Below are positions 1-9,683 of a DNA stretch of 64,000 nt, in pieces. The translations under genes and the position numbers were made by a program. The stretch covers positions 44,009 through 108,008 of the forward strand of contig CASIAI010000003.1 in assembly GCA_949372655.1 (NCBI GenBank), written 5' to 3'. The stretch comes from Candidatus Poseidoniaceae archaeon. Lineage in GTDB: Archaea; Thermoplasmatota; Poseidoniia; Poseidoniales; Poseidoniaceae. A model generated the notes under the pieces. It was not told the DNA's origin and did not search any database. It saw nothing but the letters and a program-made list of their open reading frames with translations. Position 1 is the stretch's first letter; each line of letters starts with the position of its first letter.

Positions 1-1974
1 ACTCACGCTTCAACAGGTTTCATTTTTACCTTCCCAGCAATTTTCCTTTTAGCATCCGATGCTAGATATGAACTGGCATCAGGACCATTGATTAGTTTAG
101 GTGATGGAGAAGCATTTAATCTTGCATTTATTGGAATAGTAGCGAGTATGTTTGCTGGATTTTTAGGTGTTATGTATTTCATTATCTTTAGACGGGTTTG
201 GTTGGTTGAAGATCCTCTTCCATTGCCAGGTTTTGAGGCGACATTGAAAATGTTAGATATCGCTTCAGATGTTAATACAGGTGCTGTTGAACATGCAAGA
301 GATTCGTTGAAGAAAATTGGACTTTGGACCGGTGTTACAATGATTGGTCTTTTCCTTGTTGAATATCCTTTGATTTGGCTTGGCGACAAGAAACTCTCAT
401 TGCTAGATTGGCTCGCTGAAACTTTACATGTTGGTGAAATCGGACTTGCATCATTCTACTCAAATGGAAAAATCCATCAGCCCTCTGGAATAAATAGTGA
501 TGGTGAATCATTAAATTACACGCAGTGGTCTACTGAAGATAGTTGGAATCCATTTGCTTATACTTATGTTGGAGTTGCTCTAACTCCGTCAATGTTCGCT
601 ATAGGTTGGTTTATGAAAACAAGAGTTGCTTTCCTCGTTAACTTAGGTACACTTGTCGGATGGTTCTTCCTCGTTCCACTAGTTGTTTGGTTTAATTTCC
701 CAATTTATGATGCAATAACTCAATCCAATAGACCAATACAGGACTATGCATTGAACGGTGGAGCAGCACTGCAAATGATAGCCTTTAGTAAGACTGTTAG
801 GACAATCGCTATCGGTTCAATTGTCGGTGGTGGAATGTTTGGTCTTGCAAAGATGTACAAGACTTTCTTGAATATATTTGGTGATATTGGTAGTGCGCTA
901 AAAGGTGAAGGAAGTCAAGAATACATGGAAGGAAAAGGTTGGTATGAGTGGCCTCTCAAACATATTCCAATATTTATGGTTGTTACTTTCTTTTCAATGA
1001 TTCTGATATTTACTCTCGGTGGTTTTTCAGTATTAGCATCACTAATATTTGCTACAGTATTAATCATGACTACATTCCTACTAGGAGCGATAGCTGTTAG
1101 GGTCATGGGAGAAACAGGTATTGAGCCTGTTTCAGGAACCTCATTCATAGTTCTATTAATGCTCTTGGGGGTATTTCTAAATGCTCAAGAACTACTTAAT
1201 TTGAATACTCAGGATGCCGTACTATTGGGTCTTGTAGGTACTACTGTGTTCGGTTCAGCAATATCGATGTCTGGAACCGTAATAGGTGATTATAAAAACA
1301 GCTTGTATATTGGAAATCGTCCTTACCATATTTCAAAAGGAAATATCATGGGCGTGGTGCCTGGGGCTATAATTGGTGCTGGAGTGGCAATCTTCTTATC
1401 GATTCAACTAGCAGATGGAACCATTCAGCTAATTGCTCCTCAAGCAAATGCATTCGCAACATTTTCTGTAATTTTCGCTGAAGGTCAAGGTGACCTAACA
1501 TTACTGGCACTCGGTTTCTTACTTGGTATGTTTGTAGAATGGGCTACAGGAATGGGAACCTCATTTGGACTTGGAATGTACTTGGATATCCCTCATACTC
1601 TTCCAATGCTAATTGGTGGCTATGCTAGAGATAAGTGGGAAGATACGAAACTTAAACCTCGTATCGAGAAGATAAAAGCCGAATCAGGAACCTCAGAGGC
1701 TGAAAAGCAGCGTGCTTTGATATTACTTGGTACTTTCATGGTTGCCGCAGGGCTTCTAACTGGAGAAGCATTCTTTGGTACTGAAAGTAGTATACTATCA
1801 TTTATTGACACTCTGATAAAAGACCCTACATCTACAACTTGGTACGTTGGTAGATTGTTCGGGTTTGTAATTCTCAATGTATCGATCGGATATGGTATTT
1901 ACTACTTGTTCAAGCGTGCAGGTATTGTCGGTGGCGGAAGTTCCAAAGCGATTTTAGAGGCTGAGAAAGCTTGA
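1..1974 (+). CDS. OPT-family oligopeptide transporter (5'-truncated by window edge)
   Basis: Frame is open from base 1 (THASTGFIFTFPAIFLL...). Many TM helices. OPT-like motifs LPLPG, VMGETGIEPVSG, IGDYK, APQANAFA, SFGLGMYL. Confidence 0.85.
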   Translation, partial: THASTGFIFTFPAIFLLASDARYELASGPLISLGDGEAFNLAFIGIVASMFAGFLGVMYFIIFRRVWLVEDPLPLPGFEATLKMLDIASDVNTGAVEHARDSLKKIGLWTGVTMIGLFLVEYPLIWLGDKKLSLLDWLAETLHVGEIGLASFYSNGKIHQPSGINSDGESLNYTQWSTEDSWNPFAYTYVGVALTPSMFAIGWFMKTRVAFLVNLGTLVGWFFLVPLVVWFNFPIYDAITQSNRPIQDYALNGGAALQMIAFSKTVRTIAIGSIVGGGMFGLAKMYKTFLNIFGDIGSALKGEGSQEYMEGKGWYEWPLKHIPIFMVVTFFSMILIFTLGGFSVLASLIFATVLIMTTFLLGAIAVRVMGETGIEPVSGTSFIVLLMLLGVFLNAQELLNLNTQDAVLLGLVGTTVFGSAISMSGTVIGDYKNSLYIGNRPYHISKGNIMGVVPGAIIGAGVAIFLSIQLADGTIQLIAPQANAFATFSVIFAEGQGDLTLLALGFLLGMFVEWATGMGTSFGLGMYLDIPHTLPMLIGGYARDKWEDTKLKPRIEKIKAESGTSEAEKQRALILLGTFMVAAGLLTGEAFFGTESSILSFIDTLIKDPTSTTWYVGRLFGFVILNVSIGYGIYYLFKRAGIVGGGSSKAILEAEKA

Positions 1975-1984
1975 GAGTGAAAGT

Positions 1985-2971
1985 ATGGAATCTATCAAAA
2001 CCACGCCTAAGTGGGTGTGGATTTTACTAATAGGTGCAGTTTTTGGTGTTTCGAGTGCAGGGGCACTATTCCAACAAGTAGATGAAGTTCCTCCATTACT
2101 CAGAGCATCTTGGAGATTACAGTTGACAACACTGGTTCTAGCACCTTTTGCATTAATACAATGGCGAAATACCGATACTGAAGTAAAGAGCCAAATATTT
2201 CAAAGAAATACAATACTATGGCTCATAGGTGGTGGATTAGCACTCGCATTACACTTTGGTTCATGGGTAGCAAGTTTAGATAAAACATCATTGACACATT
2301 CTTTGCTATTTGTTACTGCTCATCCTTTGATAATTATTGTAGGGATGTTGATTATTGCTAGATTTATGGTAGGTCAAAGAAAACCTAGTAAGAAAGAGAT
2401 TATTGGTGCTTGTATCGGATTTTTGGGTGCAATAATTGCTCTTTTCGACCAAGGACATCAACAAGGAGACCATACTGTCACTCTTTGGGGTGACTTTCTT
2501 GCCTTTATGGGGGCCGTATTCGTAGTCGGATACCTTGTCAGTGGTCGAGTTTTACGTAAGTGGATGCCCATTTTTATCTATGCTTTTATCGTAACATTAA
2601 TTGGTGCAATAATTCTAATTCCAGCATCATGGGCAATGGAGTCTGAATTTAGTAAATATGGGGTCTTTGGTTGGACAGAAGGTGAGTTTTTCCTATGGTT
2701 CTTGGCACTGGCTTTGATTGCAGGGGTACTTGGCCATACAGGCCTTAATACATGTTTACGATATACATCTCCTCTTGTTATTTCTACCAGTGTGACGGTG
2801 GAACCTATACTTGGTTCGATAATCGGATTCGTAATTTTTGATGAAGGATTACCTGGTTTCTGGACTTGGATAGGTGGCCCAATTCTGGTTGTAGGGATTC
2901 TACTTGTAGTAATGGGGGCTCCACAGAGTAATACGAACAATGAAGCACTCGAAGCAGTCGCAGAAAGTTGA
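1985..2971 (+). CDS. DMT/EamA-family transporter
   Basis: About 10 TM helices in two EamA repeats; ALHF..W..SL, GD.LA, GHT..N, EPI motifs. Confidence 0.88.
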   Translation: MESIKTTPKWVWILLIGAVFGVSSAGALFQQVDEVPPLLRASWRLQLTTLVLAPFALIQWRNTDTEVKSQIFQRNTILWLIGGGLALALHFGSWVASLDKTSLTHSLLFVTAHPLIIIVGMLIIARFMVGQRKPSKKEIIGACIGFLGAIIALFDQGHQQGDHTVTLWGDFLAFMGAVFVVGYLVSGRVLRKWMPIFIYAFIVTLIGAIILIPASWAMESEFSKYGVFGWTEGEFFLWFLALALIAGVLGHTGLNTCLRYTSPLVISTSVTVEPILGSIIGFVIFDEGLPGFWTWIGGPILVVGILLVVMGAPQSNTNNEALEAVAES

Positions 2972-2980
2972 GGACTTACT

Positions 2981-3967
2981 ATGAGCGATGATTCAAATTT
3001 AGGTTGGTTACTACTTACTAACGATGACGGTATCGAAGCCATTGGAATCAAACTATTGGTTGAGTCGCTAAATAAGAGAGGGCATAAGGTGGTTGTTTTT
3101 GCACCGAGTACTAATCATTCAGCGACAGGTATGAGAATCAACCTTATGACCCCATTAACTTGGAGATTTAGAGATAACCTTAGACAAAGTTGGGATATTA
3201 CTAATCAAGATAACTTGCATCTAATCGAATTAGATGGATCGCCATGTGATACAATGATAGTTTCTTTAGACAAGGGTTTAGACCATATTCTTCCAGGTAT
3301 TGTTCCAAGGTTAGTAGTCTCTGGTGTTAATATTGGACCAAATATGTCACAGGACTCTTACCACAGCGGAACGATGGGTGCAGCAAGAGAAGCAGGTTTG
3401 TACGGAATGCCAGCAATCGCTTCTTCACTGACTTCCTTTGATGAAGAAGGGATGGAAAAGGCAGTTGAAGCAACAGTTGATGTCATCGAACAGGCTTTGA
3501 ATGTTTTACCGATGGTTCCAGAGAACCTTCGCAGACCAAGCGTGGACATTTCGGCACCCCATGTAAGTCGTTGGCCGAATATCGATTCTAGTCCTGCATG
3601 GGGAAGTAATCCTGAAGAAGCACTTCGTAATGCATTTAGGCATGGTGAACTGATGCTGAACCTCAACACACCTCCTACATGGAACGGTGAATATCAAATT
3701 ACACGTTTGGGTATGAGGTGGTATCGAGATGCAATATCTTTTGGCTCAACACAAAATGATGAGAAGACTGCGACTTTCACTATAGGCGCAGCAAGTATTG
3801 ACCACACGCCAGTCGATAGGAGTGATTGTGATGCGGTGATGGAGAATAAGTCGAGTATTTCTTGCCTTCCTACATGGCCCCAAACTCATCCACTTGCTTT
3901 GGATGATAGATTACTCACATGGAGTCTAGAATCATGTGAAGGTAAGTATCCTGTATGGCTACAATGA
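2981..3967 (+). CDS. surE: 5'/3'-nucleotidase SurE
   Basis: LLTNDDG, VVAP-like, SGVNIGPN and SGTMGAAREA motifs. Confidence 0.92.
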   Translation: MSDDSNLGWLLLTNDDGIEAIGIKLLVESLNKRGHKVVVFAPSTNHSATGMRINLMTPLTWRFRDNLRQSWDITNQDNLHLIELDGSPCDTMIVSLDKGLDHILPGIVPRLVVSGVNIGPNMSQDSYHSGTMGAAREAGLYGMPAIASSLTSFDEEGMEKAVEATVDVIEQALNVLPMVPENLRRPSVDISAPHVSRWPNIDSSPAWGSNPEEALRNAFRHGELMLNLNTPPTWNGEYQITRLGMRWYRDAISFGSTQNDEKTATFTIGAASIDHTPVDRSDCDAVMENKSSISCLPTWPQTHPLALDDRLLTWSLESCEGKYPVWLQ

Positions 3968-4621
3968 TTACAAGTTTAAGGAAACACCTTCATCCAATAG
4001 GAAATGACATATCCCTATTGCCATATGACCTTGCAGCCAAACATCACCAAGAGACCTCAATATGACTTTACTTGGCAGTTCAACTTCCAATGGCTTATCA
4101 TCACTAAGAATGAAACCAACATCGATTCCTTCAACTACTAATTCACCTTCAACTTCACTACTTGTCGACAGAGAATTACTTTGCAATGGAATAATAGAAT
4201 TATCCAACCAAAGCCTTTCACCATTAGCATCAAGAGCAATTATTGTAGATTCAGACCAATCTTCAATCGTATCTAGAATATCTCCTCGACTATCCCAAAT
4301 TCCTTTTGAGCGTTCAATCCATCGACCTTTAGGAGGCGAGGTTTCTCGAAGAACTTTAGCAATCTGTCCAGCTACAGACCTCTCTTCAGCATGAATACCT
4401 TTGACCGCTCCTCCATCAATCCTAATTCTTCTATTGGGGCCAGGGCCACCCTGTAAGTGTAGCATGACTTCAGTATCATTCCTAAATCCATGACTGGTCA
4501 TCAAAGATGCCATCAATGCTCTAACTAGAACATCCATACGACCTGCTCCTCCTGCCATGTCATTTAGTGGTAATTTCCCTTGAGACATGGCTCGATGACC
4601 AATTATTGCGAATCTACGCAT
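3968..4621 (-). CDS. trmY: tRNA (pseudouridine54-N1)-methyltransferase TrmY (SPOUT)
   Basis: MRRFAIIGH, NDMAGGAGRMDVLVR, SHGFR, ERS, FILSD, SLG..WL motifs. Confidence 0.88.
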   Translation of the reverse strand: MRRFAIIGHRAMSQGKLPLNDMAGGAGRMDVLVRALMASLMTSHGFRNDTEVMLHLQGGPGPNRRIRIDGGAVKGIHAEERSVAGQIAKVLRETSPPKGRWIERSKGIWDSRGDILDTIEDWSESTIIALDANGERLWLDNSIIPLQSNSLSTSSEVEGELVVEGIDVGFILSDDKPLEVELPSKVILRSLGDVWLQGHMAIGICHFLLDEGVSLNL

Positions 4622-4630
4622 AATATTCCC

Positions 4631-5827
4631 TCAAACTCCTCTTTCGACAAATGTTCTTATCGCTTCACACATATCTTTTTGATTATTGAGCATGAAATGA
4701 CTACCTTGCTTATCCACTAAGTATCCTCGTGGCTTGTCCTTTTCACCTAAGTCTTCCAATCGATTTGCTATAACAGCAGTCATACCTGCTTTTTCGATTT
4801 GAGCGATAGCCCGGAAAATCAAGTCTTTTTGCTTGATTCCAGATTCTAGTTTGAAACCGATTCTAACCGAATTTTTACAAATTTCTTTAAGTTCTTGAAT
4901 ATGCTTTTCACTTTCTATCAGTTCAACATTGAGTGATCCTTGTTGACTTGCTAACTTTCCTTGTGCTGGATTACCTACTACGTAGTCAAGTACAGCCGCT
5001 GTATGTATCCATGCATCAATATCATCCTTGGAAATAGCCTTGAGTTCGTCTAACATCTCACTAGGCTCAGGGGCTTTAATCACAAGTGGTAACCAAGATG
5101 GTTGACTAATAGAAGTAACACCAGAAACACAGGTTATGTCATGTCCATTTCGATATAAGTCATCTGCTATCGAGTAACCCGTTGCCCCACTACTTGTGTT
5201 TTGGATAAATCTAATATCATCGATTGCTGAACGTGTAGCTCCTAATGTTACTACCACATCTTTACGGTTGGGTTTCAATCGATTAATTTGGTGTGCGAAT
5301 CGAGCAACTATTTCTTCATGAGGGGGTGTCTTTCTCTTACCTTCTTCCTCTTTACCCCAGTGTACTGAAATCTCATTTTTACGAACTTGCTCAACCAATT
5401 CATCCGTCACTGGGTCATTAGCCAAGTCTGAATGCATACTCGGTATCATTAGTACTGGACATTTCCTAGTTCTAGCAGCACTAAGTGCCATCAATATCGG
5501 TCCATGTTGCAGTCCATGAAGATAGCTTGCCATTAGGTCTCTAGTAGCGGGAGCAATTAGAATTCCATCTATATCATCAAGGGCTGTTAAGTCACTATTC
5601 CAATCTGTGATTACTTTGGTTTGTGTAGCCCATTCTACTGCTAATGGTGTGATTATTTTTTGAGCAGAATGTGTCATCATTACCTTCAAATCAGCACCAT
5701 GCCTTCTTAATTCTCTGGCTAAACGAACAGTATCTACTGCAGCAATACCTCCACTGACGCCTAAAAGAATACGCTTGCCAGCAAGACTGGAGCCGCGAAT
5801 TTCGACGTCGGTATCACGCATCGCCAT
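4631..5827 (-). CDS. coaBC: Bifunctional phosphopantothenoylcysteine decarboxylase/synthetase CoaBC
   Basis: ILLGVSGGIAA, IAPAT, PSMH, IDDIRFIQNTSSGATG, AAVLDY, GFKLE, VIAN. Start moved to ATG 5827. Confidence 0.92.
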   Translation of the reverse strand: MAMRDTDVEIRGSSLAGKRILLGVSGGIAAVDTVRLARELRRHGADLKVMMTHSAQKIITPLAVEWATQTKVITDWNSDLTALDDIDGILIAPATRDLMASYLHGLQHGPILMALSAARTRKCPVLMIPSMHSDLANDPVTDELVEQVRKNEISVHWGKEEEGKRKTPPHEEIVARFAHQINRLKPNRKDVVVTLGATRSAIDDIRFIQNTSSGATGYSIADDLYRNGHDITCVSGVTSISQPSWLPLVIKAPEPSEMLDELKAISKDDIDAWIHTAAVLDYVVGNPAQGKLASQQGSLNVELIESEKHIQELKEICKNSVRIGFKLESGIKQKDLIFRAIAQIEKAGMTAVIANRLEDLGEKDKPRGYLVDKQGSHFMLNNQKDMCEAIRTFVERGV

Positions 5828-5902
5828 AGACAATGGTGTAGTTCTTTCATTTTGACACCTTCGCCCATAAAACTCTATTAGAAATACGATACAAGGCAAT
5901 CA

Positions 5903-5908
5903 TTCAAA
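5903..5908 (+). promoter_or_regulatory. Putative TATA-equivalent TTCAAA
   Basis: 23 nt upstream of GTG 5932; spacing recurs across the window. Confidence 0.55.
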
Positions 5909-5931
5909 GTAAAGCACCTAATGCGATAGTT

Positions 5932-6570
5932 GTGCAGCCTGATAGAGGAAGTGATTTGGTCGTAGCGGGAATGAACCCTGCAAAGTCTATTGGGGCTTCG
6001 AGCGCATTCTCTAGAATTCATAGAGGGACTACATTCATAGTTTTCATCGATGGACTGATCGTTCTTTGGATTGGCTTTGCTTTTGCCAGTAATCTACTTC
6101 CTGAGAACCTTCAAGGAATAATTATCGGTCTCTTGGCTATTGCTAATTTGATGGTTTGGAATGGATACAAAAATAGAGCAAGGTGGGCATATTGGCCTGC
6201 TGCAGGTATAATCGGATTAGCATGTCTTTTCTTTGCCCTTAATGTATTGATTTCCATTATTGATATAATGAATGGTAATGTTTCAAGTCTTTTACTGACA
6301 TTTTTGATTGGTTGGGCTACATTTGGCTCAGCACGTAGAGTTATGTTTCATTTCAATCAAAGTTATTCCAGCGGATACTTTTCAACCAGTAGTGATGGTT
6401 CAAACTTTGACCTAGGTCAAGGTGAGATGTTGGCGGCGTGCCCTACTTGTTTAGCAGTCCTAGCAATAATACCGAACATGTTGAATGCTAGTGATAGGTG
6501 TCCACATTGTCAATCTCCACTAATCGACCCGGAACTAGCCAAAAAATATGGCATGGACTCAGAAGAGTGA
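5932..6570 (+). CDS. Uncharacterised 4-TM membrane protein with C-terminal Zn ribbon
   Basis: Four hydrophobic segments, then CPTC...CPHC. TTCAAA lies 23 nt upstream of the GTG start. Confidence 0.75.
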   Translation: MQPDRGSDLVVAGMNPAKSIGASSAFSRIHRGTTFIVFIDGLIVLWIGFAFASNLLPENLQGIIIGLLAIANLMVWNGYKNRARWAYWPAAGIIGLACLFFALNVLISIIDIMNGNVSSLLLTFLIGWATFGSARRVMFHFNQSYSSGYFSTSSDGSNFDLGQGEMLAACPTCLAVLAIIPNMLNASDRCPHCQSPLIDPELAKKYGMDSEE

Positions 6571-6618
6571 AATTAGATATCAAAGACCTTGGTCTATTGA
6601 TTGAAACTTCTAAAGTAA

Positions 6619-7644
6619 TCAGCGAGATGCTAGAGTTAGGTTCTTCCACATTTCTTCTGGAACTTCCATAGCAAGTCTTAGACCACCCATAGCACCAAGT
6701 CTAACAGGGTCATCTACTACATGCACACTAACGTTACCTAAGTCACTAAGTCTACGTTCAATCATTGCACCTAAGCCTTTGATTCCTGAACCGCCACCAG
6801 CTAGAATCATGTTTCTTCTAAATTGGTCATGGTATTCAGGGTTAGAACCTGCAATCAGTAGTTTAACATTTTCAACAATTGGGTCTACTATGTCTTCACA
6901 TGCTTTTTGCATACAATCAGTAATATCAAGAGTCATTGCTTTACCTTCAATCGAGAAGTCAACCATTATTGGTTCATCAGGTGTTGAAGTTCCAACAAAG
7001 GAATTATTCTCTTTCCATCTTCTTGCCATGTCCTTGGTAATTTGAGCACCACTATACTTTGATTGGATCTCTTCGATAAGTTTTCTATCGATATAGTCTC
7101 CAGCATATTCGGTGTGCATTTGGTCATCAGGAGTTGGTATTGTTCCGTATACTCTGCACAAGTCAGTAGTTCCAGCACCGATATCGATAACCAGTGTATG
7201 TTCAATCATGTCAAGTGCGTAAGCAACTGCGAAAGGCTCAGATATAATCATTGCAGCATTAACAGTTCCAGCAGCAGCATCAAAGATAGCGGTCTTATCG
7301 ACATAACTTGCTTCAGCAGGAGCACCAATAACAGCGACTACACGGTCATATTCTTCTGGGTCGGAGAGATTGATAAGGTGAGTGATGAAGTGAGCAATGA
7401 AGTCTCGGTCTTCTGGAGTATCTTTAATCACACCATGTTCAAGAGGTCTAAACAGATTAAGTGCTAGTCTATTTTTCAATGCTTCTTCACCAAATAGTAC
7501 ATCTCTCTTAAGGAAATTCTTTGCAATCAAATCCTTAGGAGTTCCAATTACAGTAAGTTCTTCTTCTTCGTGACTATCCGAGGAAACCATAACTGAACGA
7601 AATGTTCCTAAATCAATTCCAATGTATAATACTTGTTCGCCCAT
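6619..7644 (-). CDS. Actin-family ATPase, MamK-like (MreB/MamK superfamily)
   Basis: Phosphate-1 IGIDLGT, VIGAP, ISEPFAVAY, phosphate-2 VIDIGAGTTD, AGDYID, adenosine ILAGGGS, MamK-like C-terminus LRLAMEVPEEMWKNL. Start ATG 7644 or TTG 7656. Confidence 0.9.
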   Translation of the reverse strand: MGEQVLYIGIDLGTFRSVMVSSDSHEEEELTVIGTPKDLIAKNFLKRDVLFGEEALKNRLALNLFRPLEHGVIKDTPEDRDFIAHFITHLINLSDPEEYDRVVAVIGAPAEASYVDKTAIFDAAAGTVNAAMIISEPFAVAYALDMIEHTLVIDIGAGTTDLCRVYGTIPTPDDQMHTEYAGDYIDRKLIEEIQSKYSGAQITKDMARRWKENNSFVGTSTPDEPIMVDFSIEGKAMTLDITDCMQKACEDIVDPIVENVKLLIAGSNPEYHDQFRRNMILAGGGSGIKGLGAMIERRLSDLGNVSVHVVDDPVRLGAMGGLRLAMEVPEEMWKNLTLASR

Positions 7645-7792
7645 TACTCTCGCCAATTTAAGCCATCCCGACTTACCTTATGAAGAATACCTCTATTTAG
7701 TTTCGAAATATTATGGCGGAAATCCACCTAGATGTCTCAGTAATGATTCTATAGAATAAGTTGTCAAATGGCTTTTTATTTATCAATTAGGC

Positions 7793-8809
7793 TTAACACC
7801 ATTCTTCGCATTGCTGGCAGTACCAAGTTCCGTATTCGACATATAATTCAGCCATTGCTCCGCAAGTAGTACATTCTTTGAGCGTGTTTTCTCCACACAT
7901 TTCAATAACCATTTGAATATGGTAAGAGTCATCAATTCCAATTTGCTGTCTTACAGACCATAATAGTTGGTCTTCACTCGGAGATATGATTCCGTCTTCT
8001 AGAACCAGTTCGACCATTCTTTTGTAATCTTCAAAGTCAGAAGAACTTCTAGCATCTAGAATAACACCATTCTTTTCAGCAATAATATCAGTTCCTCCAG
8101 GGTCATCAACAAATAAAACTAATGATTCTGGTTTAAGTTCATCAGAACGTAATTCAAAGGATACACGATTACCTTCAACATTAGCGAATACTAAATTAGA
8201 TTTAGAATTAATAATATTAGCAATTGAGCGTGCAGTTTCCTCAGAATTATTTCCACGTCGCCAGCCAAAGCCATCATTGACTTCATAGCAATAGAATTCT
8301 GTTCCCATTCCAGGGTATTCAAGCCTTATCTCTTCACCACCATCAAAACCATTTGATACGACGGTAATAGCTCCAACTTCTGTGGAAACAATATTATCCT
8401 CATCATCAAAGTTTATCATTAGAGGCTTTCTTTCCTCACTTGCAGAATTGAAGTGACCTTGCATACCACTCATCCATTTATCCTCAAGGCGAGTAAGAGA
8501 TTCTTCTTGTTCTTCGGAAAGATCTTTTTTGACTCCAAGAACATTAGCAAGACTTCCACTTTCGACATCTTTCTTGAATTGTTCAATTAACTCAGCATCT
8601 CTATGGTATGTGGGGATATCTACTTCTTCTTTCTCTTCGACATAATCAGGGTCAGCCCATTCATGTGAACACTTCAAGCATCGAAGATAGCCTGCCATGG
8701 TTGAAGAATCAGATTCTCCACCACATCTTGGACAGTCACCTTCTTCGCTATATCCTAGGTTTTCGACTGCTTCGCGTCGACCCTTGCGCATACCACCGAA
8801 TCCGGCCAT
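7793..8809 (-). CDS. Uncharacterised acidic protein with N- and C-terminal Zn ribbons and a TerB-like helical segment
   Basis: CPRC..CLKC at the N-terminus; CTTC..WYCQQC at the C-terminus; LEDGIISPSEDQLL segment. Confidence 0.7.
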   Translation of the reverse strand: MAGFGGMRKGRREAVENLGYSEEGDCPRCGGESDSSTMAGYLRCLKCSHEWADPDYVEEKEEVDIPTYHRDAELIEQFKKDVESGSLANVLGVKKDLSEEQEESLTRLEDKWMSGMQGHFNSASEERKPLMINFDDEDNIVSTEVGAITVVSNGFDGGEEIRLEYPGMGTEFYCYEVNDGFGWRRGNNSEETARSIANIINSKSNLVFANVEGNRVSFELRSDELKPESLVLFVDDPGGTDIIAEKNGVILDARSSSDFEDYKRMVELVLEDGIISPSEDQLLWSVRQQIGIDDSYHIQMVIEMCGENTLKECTTCGAMAELYVEYGTWYCQQCEEWC

Positions 8810-8861
8810 AAACCTCTATGAGGTAGTCGAATTATCAATGCTTTGGAATCAAAACTTTGTT

Positions 8862-9683
8862 TTAGTTAAGGATTCTAACCTTTGTTCCGTATCTCATCTC
8901 GCCTTCTTGAGAGTATATTCTTCTAATAACTATTTCACCGCTTAGACCGATCGCAGGAGTGCTTTTTTCATCATCTGTCAAAAGGAAAACACCTCGAGTA
9001 CCTTCGCTAAAAAGCACATATGCAGTAGAAATACCATCTAATATTGGTGCTCGAATAGAAAATTCAGAAGGAGCACCTGCGGCAGAAAGTTTTGTCCAAG
9101 ATTCAATGAGACATGTTTTTTTGAGTTTTATTTCTGGTTCGTCAATTATACTTCCATCATTATTCAATTGCCTTGGAGGCCAAATCGCTTTATCTTCGAA
9201 TTGTGCCATAAGATTCAGTCTTGAATTTAGACTTTCATTATACTGTTGAGAGGATATGTAAGCTCCTTGAGATACATTGACTAAGGCGGTTTCAGTTTCC
9301 CATGCAAGATTTATCTGTTCATATTTATCAGAATCAATTTCGGTTAGGTCTCTTGGTTTCGAAATAGTTACTTCAGATTTCTTACTTATCGATAATGATG
9401 CAAATTCATGACAGAATAATTTCCATTCGCCGTCCTCTGAAATTTCTTCAATACCTGTTGCGACCTTGAGGACTTGTAGGTCAATATCAGAGCCATTAGA
9501 AGATAATGTATCAATTAAAACTTTATTTGACTTCATCAGGTCTATAAGAGATAATGCCAATGTTGTATAATCACTATCAGGGCCAAATACTGGAACTCCT
9601 TTAACTTGCCATGGAGAGCAAATATGAAATAATTCACCGTCAAATGATACTTTGTACCCTTGCCAGTCAGAGTATTCAAGCAT
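8862..9683 (-). CDS. DUF35/ChsH2-like OB-fold protein with degenerate HMG-CoA-synthase-like N-terminus
   Basis: GAYIS..Y..SL..R..L, WPPR, ESWTKL..AGAPSEF, IRRIY..EG..RYGTK. ATG 9683 overlaps the thiolase stop. Confidence 0.75.
   Translation of the reverse strand: MLEYSDWQGYKVSFDGELFHICSPWQVKGVPVFGPDSDYTTLALSLIDLMKSNKVLIDTLSSNGSDIDLQVLKVATGIEEISEDGEWKLFCHEFASLSISKKSEVTISKPRDLTEIDSDKYEQINLAWETETALVNVSQGAYISSQQYNESLNSRLNLMAQFEDKAIWPPRQLNNDGSIIDEPEIKLKKTCLIESWTKLSAAGAPSEFSIRAPILDGISTAYVLFSEGTRGVFLLTDDEKSTPAIGLSGEIVIRRIYSQEGEMRYGTKVRILN

Noticed and set aside
6619-7656. Magnetosome island
   Set aside because: Only the actin is MamK-like; no mamA/B/E/M/Q, feo or mobility genes are nearby.
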